DNA of 42,139 nucleotides from an uncultured Pseudomonadota bacterium (GTDB lineage Bacteria; Myxococcota_A; Polyangia; Fen-1088). Positions 35,890 through 42,139 of the stretch are shown in pieces; position 1 is the stretch's first letter, and each line of letters opens with the position of its first letter. The stretch is from positions 1-42,139 of the forward strand of contig CAWKBC010000016.1 in the NCBI GenBank assembly GCA_963847705.1, read 5' to 3'. Below the pieces are notes generated by a model. The model was not told the origin of the DNA, did not search any database, and worked only from the letters and a program-made list of their open reading frames with translations. Both the position numbers and the translations under genes were made by a program.

Positions 35890-37512
35890 ATGGGTGCATT
35901 CGAAACAGGGTCTTTGAAACGACGCCGGATCGATCGTTACGAGATTCACGAGCTCATCGGCGAGGGGGGCATGGGGGCGGTTTATCGTGCCATCGACAGC
36001 CGTCTCGGACGCACCGTCGCGCTCAAAACCGTGGTTTCGCATCGTTCGGGCGAAGGCCTCACGGATGAGCTGAGGCAGCGGTTCATGCGGGAAGCGCTGG
36101 CCGCCTCCCAGGTGGACCACCGCAACGTCGTTCACGTCATCGATTTCGGCGTGACCAACGACGGCATCCCCTACCTGGTGATGGAGTATCTGCGGGGGCG
36201 TGACCTCGGGGTGCTGCTCAAGAAGGCAAAAGCGCCGCTGGCCGTGGAGTACGTCGCCGACGTGATGCTGGGCGTTTGTGCCGCGCTCCGCGCCTGCCAC
36301 CAGCTCGGCATCGTTCATCGCGACCTCAAACCGAGCAACATCTTCCTGGCCGACACCGACACGGGCCCCGAGATCAAGGTGCTCGACTTCGGCGTCTCCA
36401 AGGCGCCGGCGGCCATCGATCTCACGCAGGAAGGGCAGATCCTGGGGACACCGCAGTATCTCTCACCCGAGCAGGTGAACGGCAAGGTGGGGCCGGAGAG
36501 CGATCAGTACGCGCTCGGCGTGCTCCTTTATGTCTGTCTCACCAAGAAGCTCCCCTTCGAGGAGCACCAGAACCTCACTCTTCTCCGCGCCATCGAAGCC
36601 GGGCGATTCCAGGGCCCGCGCGCGCATCGACCCGAGATCCCCCAGCCGCTGGAGGCGATCATGCTGCGCGCCATGCACGTCAACCCGACCGAACGCTTCG
36701 AGTCGGTTCATGCCCTCGGTCAGGCGCTGTGGACCTTCGCCAGCGCCCGCGGGCAGGTGGAGTGGAAGAACTACTACTTCCACACGCCGCCCGCTTCCGC
36801 GTTCGACGAGGCGACGCTTCGGGGCATTCCACACGCTCCCGTCCCGGGCGTCTCAGGAGCGTCTCTGGCGGACGGCGTGCCGGTGGCGCGGTCCACCGTC
36901 GAGCCGACGGCGGTTCTGGCCGACTCGGTGAACATTGCTCCGCAGGTCTCTGCACCGGCGAGCCCGCAGCTTTTCCTGTCGACGAAGCTGGCCAAACCGA
37001 CGCCTGCAACGGGTCCCGAAGCACCCACGCCCGCCGCGGAGCCTGCAGGGGAGCGCAGCTGGAGACGATGGGCAACGTTCGGCGTCGCCGCGGGAATCGT
37101 CGGGGCGGGAATCTGGATCGGGTACCGGCATCTCGGGACGGCGGCGGCCACGCCATCCAGCGCGCCGGTCGCGAATGCGGCCAGTGGAACGGTGTCGAAG
37201 CTCTTGCCGCCGCCACCATCAGCGGCGGCCTATCGAGCACCCGACCCGGTAGAGCTTCCACGCTCGAGCCATACCGAGACAGCGATTCAAGCGCCGGTCG
37301 CGACCGCACTCCCAAAGGTGACGACGAAGACGCCCACCAAGACGCCGACCAAGACACCGACCAAGACGCCGACCAAGACACCGACCAAGACGCCGACCAA
37401 GACGCCGACCAAGACGCGCTCCGTTCGACAGATGACTCCGGGATCTCGAGTCGAAAGGCCGCCGAAGCTGACCGGGCTCGACAAAAACGGTATCGGCATC
37501 CCCTCAAATTGA
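35890..37512 (+). CDS. Membrane Ser/Thr protein kinase (paralog of 33092-34894)
   Basis: IGEGGMGAVY, HRDLKPSN, DFG, GTPQYLSPE, TM helix, TKTP repeats. Confidence 0.93.
   Translation: MGAFETGSLKRRRIDRYEIHELIGEGGMGAVYRAIDSRLGRTVALKTVVSHRSGEGLTDELRQRFMREALAASQVDHRNVVHVIDFGVTNDGIPYLVMEYLRGRDLGVLLKKAKAPLAVEYVADVMLGVCAALRACHQLGIVHRDLKPSNIFLADTDTGPEIKVLDFGVSKAPAAIDLTQEGQILGTPQYLSPEQVNGKVGPESDQYALGVLLYVCLTKKLPFEEHQNLTLLRAIEAGRFQGPRAHRPEIPQPLEAIMLRAMHVNPTERFESVHALGQALWTFASARGQVEWKNYYFHTPPASAFDEATLRGIPHAPVPGVSGASLADGVPVARSTVEPTAVLADSVNIAPQVSAPASPQLFLSTKLAKPTPATGPEAPTPAAEPAGERSWRRWATFGVAAGIVGAGIWIGYRHLGTAAATPSSAPVANAASGTVSKLLPPPPSAAAYRAPDPVELPRSSHTETAIQAPVATALPKVTTKTPTKTPTKTPTKTPTKTPTKTPTKTPTKTRSVRQMTPGSRVERPPKLTGLDKNGIGIPSN
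37324..37416 (+). repeat. 12-bp coding tandem repeat (TKTP x7)
   Basis: accaagacgccg-type units. Confidence 0.92.
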
Positions 37513-37519
37513 GAACACC

Positions 37520-38437
37520 ATGACGCGCTCCCTGACCATCGTTGCTCTTCTTGGGGCGGCCTCGCTGTCGGTCGCTGCCCTGGCTGCCGAACCGAGCGCC
37601 GACGCTTTGATTGAACAGGGGCTCAGCCTCCGTCGGGAAGCCAAGCCAGAGCAGGCCCTGGAACTGTTTCGCCAGGCACACGCCCTTGCGCCTTCGCCGC
37701 GAACGTTCGGACAGATGGGGTTGGTCGAGACCTCACTCAAGCGGTGGGTCGATGGGGAAAAGCACCTGTCGGTCTCGCTGGCGAATCCCGACGATCGTTG
37801 GGTGGCCAAGAACCGCGCGTTCCTCGACGAGGCACTGGGGTTGTGCAGGAGCCACGTCGGCGACCTGGTCGTGACTGGACCTGCCGGAGCCGAGGTCTTC
37901 GTGGCAGGCCAATCCGTCGGGACGCTGCCCGCCGTTCCCGCGCTTCGGCTCGCAGAGGGGACGATCTCGGTATCGGCGAGCGCTCCCGGCTTCAAGCCGT
38001 TCGAACGGACCGTCACCATTCGAGCCGAAGCGCGTTCGCCGCTGGCGATCGCGCTCGTCCCGGCAGCCGCACCGCGCGCCGTTTCCCCCGCCGCTCCGGT
38101 GGCACCCGCCGCCCCGAAGCCCGCCCCACCGACCGCGGCCGTAGCTCCCCCCCACAGCGAATCGAGCCCGACCAGCTGGCACACCTGGGCTGGTGTCTCT
38201 GTCGCGGTGGCCGGAGCCGCGGCGCTGGGCTGGGGAATCTACTGGATCGCCATCGACAGGCACAGCGCAGGCGGCAACCAGCAGTACGACACCCAAACGC
38301 CCGGGTTGATTCTGGCCGGCGCTGGCGTGGCGGCGCTGACCGGGGGCGCGGTAATTTTCTTCACCGGCCACTCGACCGAATCGAGCTTCGCTCTCGGCCT
38401 CACGCCGAGCTCGATTGTGTTGAAGGGCCGTTTCTAG
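37520..38437 (+). CDS. Secreted TPR + PEGA domain protein (paralog of 34905-35804)
   Basis: ALELFRQAHALAPSPRTFGQMGLVE, GPAGAEVFVAG, ends KGRF. Confidence 0.87.
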   Translation: MTRSLTIVALLGAASLSVAALAAEPSADALIEQGLSLRREAKPEQALELFRQAHALAPSPRTFGQMGLVETSLKRWVDGEKHLSVSLANPDDRWVAKNRAFLDEALGLCRSHVGDLVVTGPAGAEVFVAGQSVGTLPAVPALRLAEGTISVSASAPGFKPFERTVTIRAEARSPLAIALVPAAAPRAVSPAAPVAPAAPKPAPPTAAVAPPHSESSPTSWHTWAGVSVAVAGAAALGWGIYWIAIDRHSAGGNQQYDTQTPGLILAGAGVAALTGGAVIFFTGHSTESSFALGLTPSSIVLKGRF

Positions 38438-38548
38438 CTCTTCTCTACCAGCTCTTCTCTGTTGGCTCTTCTCGGGCTCGACATGGCCGCGGCCCCGGCC
38501 GCGCGAGGCGACCGGAGCTGCGAGCGATCCAGAAGTCGCGTCGGGAAG

Positions 38549-39055
38549 CTACGCCTTGGCCGGCTCGCTGCTCGGCGCTTTGGCGCCGGTGCCGATCACG
38601 ATCTTCTTCGGCTGCACTTCGGGCTTCTTCGGGACCGTCAGCGTCAGGACACCGCTCTTCAGATCGGCGGCGACGTTTTCGCCGTCGACGCCCTCGGGGA
38701 GCGTGAACGACCGCGAGAAGCTGCCGTAGGAACGCTCGCTGGCGTAGAAGGTGTCGCCCTGCTCGTGGTGCTCTTGTTCGCGGCGGCCGGAGATCGACAG
38801 GCGCGTGCCGGTCAACGAGATCTCCAGATCCTGCTCCTTGACGCCCGGTAGGTCGGCGCGAAACAGGTAAGCGTCCTTGGTCTCCGTCACCTCGAAGGTC
38901 GGGGCGAAGCCGCGCACGTCAGCGGGGCTCAACACCGCTTCGACCTCACGGAAGGGATCCCAGCGCAGGATGTCGCGCATGACGCGAACGGGATCCCACG
39001 CCGCACCAGACTGAACAAGCTCGTATCCTTGGTTTCTTCTGCTGAGATTTGCCAT
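38549..39055 (-). CDS. Hsp20/alpha-crystallin small heat-shock protein
   Basis: ADLPGV, ERSYGSFSRSFTLP, GVLTLTVPK; AAGGAGG RBS. Confidence 0.95.
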   Translation of the reverse strand: MANLSRRNQGYELVQSGAAWDPVRVMRDILRWDPFREVEAVLSPADVRGFAPTFEVTETKDAYLFRADLPGVKEQDLEISLTGTRLSISGRREQEHHEQGDTFYASERSYGSFSRSFTLPEGVDGENVAADLKSGVLTLTVPKKPEVQPKKIVIGTGAKAPSSEPAKA

Positions 39056-39162
39056 CGTGATCGTTCCTCCTTGCGGTGACTTGAATAATCACCGCCTCCG
39101 AGGCGACAAGCGCGATGCCCAGGCGCGGCTCGAGGCGCGCCTGGCGATCGGCAAGAACAGCG

Positions 39163-40572
39163 CTAGAGCTCGAGGCCGAGCGCGCGCAGCTCGGATTCGA
39201 GCCGCGCCACCTCACGCTCGACCATGGCCGGCGCCGGGCCACCCGGCAGCGCCCGCGCCGCCACGGCCCGCGCCGCGTCGAGCGCCTGCATCACCTCGGG
39301 CGTGAGCGCGCTGTCGACCGCGCGCAGATCAGCCGCGTCGAGCTGATGCAGCGGAACGCGCTTTTGCTCCGCGGTCCGCACCAGACCGCCGATCACCTCG
39401 TGCGCACTGCGGAACGGCATCCCCCGACGGACCAGCTCCTCCGCCAGATCGGTCGCGCCCAGCGCCGGATCGGCCGCCGCCGCGCGCATCCGCTCGACGT
39501 CGAACTCCAGCCCGGCGATCAACCCCGGCAGCACCGCCAGCGATTGCTGCGCCGTCTCGACGGCGTCGTAGAGCGGCTCCTGCGTCTCCTGCAGGTCTTT
39601 GTTGTAGGCCAACGTCAGCCCTTTGCTGATCGTCAACAGCGCGACCAGATCGCCGATCGCGCGCCCCGACTTCCCGCGCAGCAGCTCGGCGATGTCAGGA
39701 TTGCGCTTCTGGGGCATCAGCGAGCTGCCCGAGCAGTAACCCTCGCCGAGGCGCACGAACCCGAACTCGGTCGTCGACCACAACACCAGCTCTTCGCCGA
39801 GGCGCGACAGGTGCACCGCCAGCAGCGCCGCCGAGAATGCGAGCTCCGCGGCGAAGTCACGGTCGGAGACGGCGTCCAGGCTGTTGTGCGTCGGCCCGCC
39901 GGTGAAGCCGAGCGCACTGGCCGTGTGCGCCCGATCGATCGGCAGCCCGGTCCCCGCCAGGGCGCCCGAGCCGAGCGGCGATTCGCCGGCCCGCCGTTCG
40001 GCGTCGACGAAGCGCCCGCGATCGCGGCCCAGCATCTCGGCGTAGGCCATCAAGTGGTGACCGAGCGTGACCACCTGCGCGCGCTGCAAGTGCGTGTATC
40101 CGGGCAGCAGCGTCGCCGCGTGCGCGCGCGCCTGTCGGCAGAGCGCCAGCCGCGCGCGATCGATGGCGGCCACGATCTCCAGCGCCGCCCGCCGCGCGTA
40201 GAGGCGCAGGTCGGTGGCCACCTGATCGTTGCGGCTGCGCGCGGTGTGCAGGCGGCGCGCCGGCTCGCCGATGATCTCGATGAGGCGGCTCTCCACGTTC
40301 ATGTGGATGTCTTCCAGCGCCGGATCCAGAGCGCGCTTTCCCGAGGTGATCTCTTCGGCCACCTGGTCGAGGCCGGCGACGATCGCCGCCGCGTCGGCCT
40401 CCGAGATCAGCTTCGCCGCGGCCAGCATGCGGGCGTGGGCCTGACTGCCGCGCACGTCGTCCTTCAGCAACCGCCGATCGAAGTGGACCGACGCATTGAG
40501 CGCCGCCGCCGCCGGGTCCATCGCCCCTGCGAATCGCGCGCCGCGACCGCCGCTCGGTTTACCGCCAGACAT
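39163..40572 (-). CDS. argH: Argininosuccinate lyase
   Basis: EDIHMNVE, LHTARSRNDQV, PGYTHLQRAQ, GSSLMPQKRNPD, YNKDLQE. Confidence 0.97.
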   Translation of the reverse strand: MSGGKPSGGRGARFAGAMDPAAAALNASVHFDRRLLKDDVRGSQAHARMLAAAKLISEADAAAIVAGLDQVAEEITSGKRALDPALEDIHMNVESRLIEIIGEPARRLHTARSRNDQVATDLRLYARRAALEIVAAIDRARLALCRQARAHAATLLPGYTHLQRAQVVTLGHHLMAYAEMLGRDRGRFVDAERRAGESPLGSGALAGTGLPIDRAHTASALGFTGGPTHNSLDAVSDRDFAAELAFSAALLAVHLSRLGEELVLWSTTEFGFVRLGEGYCSGSSLMPQKRNPDIAELLRGKSGRAIGDLVALLTISKGLTLAYNKDLQETQEPLYDAVETAQQSLAVLPGLIAGLEFDVERMRAAAADPALGATDLAEELVRRGMPFRSAHEVIGGLVRTAEQKRVPLHQLDAADLRAVDSALTPEVMQALDAARAVAARALPGGPAPAMVEREVARLESELRALGLEL

Positions 40573-40677
40573 TTCTCGCTCTCATATCACGCTCACTATC
40601 TGGCCAAATCGATCCGCGCAAGCTAACATCTGGGAAGGGTCCGCGAACGACTGGCCCACAAAGGAGGAGAAGAACGC

Positions 40678-40761
40678 ATGAGTAAACGCACCCACTGGAA
40701 CGGTACGCCTTCTCTACGCCATCTTCACCGGTTCGGACACAAGGAGACCGACCGAAGCTAA
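40678..40761 (+). CDS. Candidate 27-aa small ORF (MSKRTHWNGTPSLRHLHRFGHKETDRS)
   Basis: Strong SD AAGGAGGAG upstream of ATG 40678; TAA at 40759-40761. Confidence 0.35.
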   Translation: MSKRTHWNGTPSLRHLHRFGHKETDRS

Positions 40762-40914
40762 GCCCTCCTCAGTTTTCCCTCTCACGCACGACGTCCTGAG
40801 CCCATAGAGGACGCACAACCTGGAAATTTTCGGCGAGGCTCACGCCGAAAAAACCCACGAACTGGGCTACGCCCCGCGGCGTCAGCCCCCCGACCAGTCA
40901 ACTAGCGGAACCCA

Positions 40915-40955
40915 AACGCGCCGACCGGACCGCCGGTCGGCGCGTTTTCTATTTT
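40915..40955 (+). terminator. Intrinsic terminator
   Basis: AACGCGCCGACCGG-accg-CCGGTCGGCGCGTT perfect stem followed by TTCTATTTT. Confidence 0.75.
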
Positions 40956-41025
40956 CTCCGGGACCCTGAGAGGGTCCCGCGCCCCCCGCGATGAGGTCGA
41001 TCGAGCAAAGCTCGCTCGCCCTCGA
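40951..41025 (-). repeat. Palindromic (REP-like) element, reverse copy
   Basis: Minus-strand CATCGCGGGGGGCGCGGGACCCTCTCAGGGTCCCGGAGAAAAT resembles CATCGCGGGAGGGTGTGGGGACCCTCCCAGGGTCCCCACGAAAGAT at 33168. Confidence 0.7.
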
Positions 41026-41118
41026 CGCGATCTATTCCCGCTGGGTTGGGATCCATCTGAGTTCGTCTGGGTGGAACCCGCCTGGAGCCGGAAGCGGAGC
41101 CGAGGCTGCTAGGCAAGC

Positions 41119-41227
41119 GCGGAGGCGGCAGGGGTGCCTCTCCGCCGCTCGCCCGCAGGCCGCTCTGATCGTTCGCGGCCGAGGATTCCTTCTCGCGAGC
41201 GGCGGAGGGCACCCCTGCCGCCTCCGC
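41119..41227. repeat. 33-bp inverted repeat (long hairpin)
   Basis: 41119-41152 is the reverse complement of 41195-41227 except for one bulged base. Confidence 0.9.
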
Positions 41228-41289
41228 CCTCGCCGTGAGGCCGAGCGGAGCGGAGCGATCTGCCCGGAGCGCGAGGCGAAGAAAGCGGT

Positions 41290-42057
41290 CTAGCTGGCGC
41301 GCTTGACGCGGAGGCCGTTGAGCTCGTCCAGGAACTTCGCGGTGGTCTCGATGCTGTTCTCCAGCGACTCGATCACCAGGTTCAGGAGCGCGTCGTTCTC
41401 GGTCCGCAGGGCCTCGTAGTAGCGCTGCCGCTCGATGGAGTGAATGACCGCCGGCAGGTAGCCGTGCTTGATGAGGATGAAGTTCATCAACAGCCGCGCG
41501 ACCTTGCCCGAGTTCTTGGTCCACGGGTAGGCCGACAGCAGGCGGAAGTGGACCTTCGCCGAGCGGGTGATCGGATGGAGCTCCGTGAACTCGTCCGATT
41601 CCATCCACTCGCCGAGCTTCCTCATCTTGTAGGTGATCTTCTCGGGCGGAGCGATCTCGTGATAGTAGAGCCGGTGAAGCGGGTTCTCCTTCCGATAGGG
41701 GTACCCCTTGGCGGCTTCTTCGGGCGTCAAGATGGCGTAGAGCCTGCGGATCAGCTCGAGGTCCACGACCGGCGGCTTCTTGGCGACGCTGGCCTCGCGA
41801 ACGAAGTCGACGGCGGTCTTCTGATTACGGACCTCCTCGTACATCGGGATCAGCGTGACATCGCTGATGATCCGCTGATCGATCGCCGCCTTCAGCTCGG
41901 AATACGACAGCACCACCCCTTCGAGCGCGTTGTCGTGAAAAATCCACGATACGTCCAGGCGGTCCTGGTAGTCCTTCAGGATCTTCGCCGGGAAGCTCGC
42001 CGTCTTGGCGCGGAGCGCTTCCATCTTCGTGTCCATTTCAAAAAACTTCGCGTCCAT
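41290..42057 (-). CDS. Fic-domain protein with degenerate catalytic motif
   Basis: HDNALEG inhibitory-helix motif, HPITRSAKVHFRL, YPWTKNSGKVARLLMN..L...GY.PAVI; ATG 42057 after AGGAG. Confidence 0.88.
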   Translation of the reverse strand: MDAKFFEMDTKMEALRAKTASFPAKILKDYQDRLDVSWIFHDNALEGVVLSYSELKAAIDQRIISDVTLIPMYEEVRNQKTAVDFVREASVAKKPPVVDLELIRRLYAILTPEEAAKGYPYRKENPLHRLYYHEIAPPEKITYKMRKLGEWMESDEFTELHPITRSAKVHFRLLSAYPWTKNSGKVARLLMNFILIKHGYLPAVIHSIERQRYYEALRTENDALLNLVIESLENSIETTAKFLDELNGLRVKRAS

Positions 42058-42139
42058 CCCCGTCTCCTGCATGAGTCCAGAAGTCCTCCGCCGAGTGAAA
42101 CCGGGGAGCACTATAATCCAAAGAACCCTTTAGTCAAGC

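Noticed and set aside
39085-39125. Heat-shock operator or sigma54 motif upstream of hsp20
   Set aside because: GG-N10-GT rather than GC, and no convincing CIRCE or HAIR inverted repeat.

Overview
This is a high-GC window whose gene content (Ser/Thr kinases, PEGA/TPR proteins, Gly/Cys-rich lipoproteins, sigma54 activator) looks like Myxococcota. Bases 1-~9157 are the right part of a genomic island abutting the 3' end of a minus-strand tRNA-Val(CAC). The island carries a sigma54 activator, a palindromic upstream site and a -24/-12 promoter in front of a sigma70-like factor, an excisionase-like HTH gene and a tyrosine integrase with an internally duplicated catalytic-domain segment. Between the integrase and the att site sit three candidate defence units: a HEPN-motif protein, a coupled three-gene TIGR04255-like / small protein / PemK-MazF-like module, and an HNH nuclease. 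That three-gene module is my best candidate for an undescribed system. The rest looks like core genome: a DUF6600 protein, a DUF692+DUF2063 pair with no evident precursor, a carbohydrate-binding lipoprotein, FMN reductase, an ABC-2 transporter, three kinases, an ECF sigma/FecR cluster, LMF, VOC, a GH135-like protein, Hsp20, argH and a degenerate Fic. A dispersed palindromic repeat family occurs at about four loci, and one copy is tandemly expanded in frame inside a kinase gene. Two genes carry single-base frameshifts. All family assignments come from motif recognition by eye; no searches were run.
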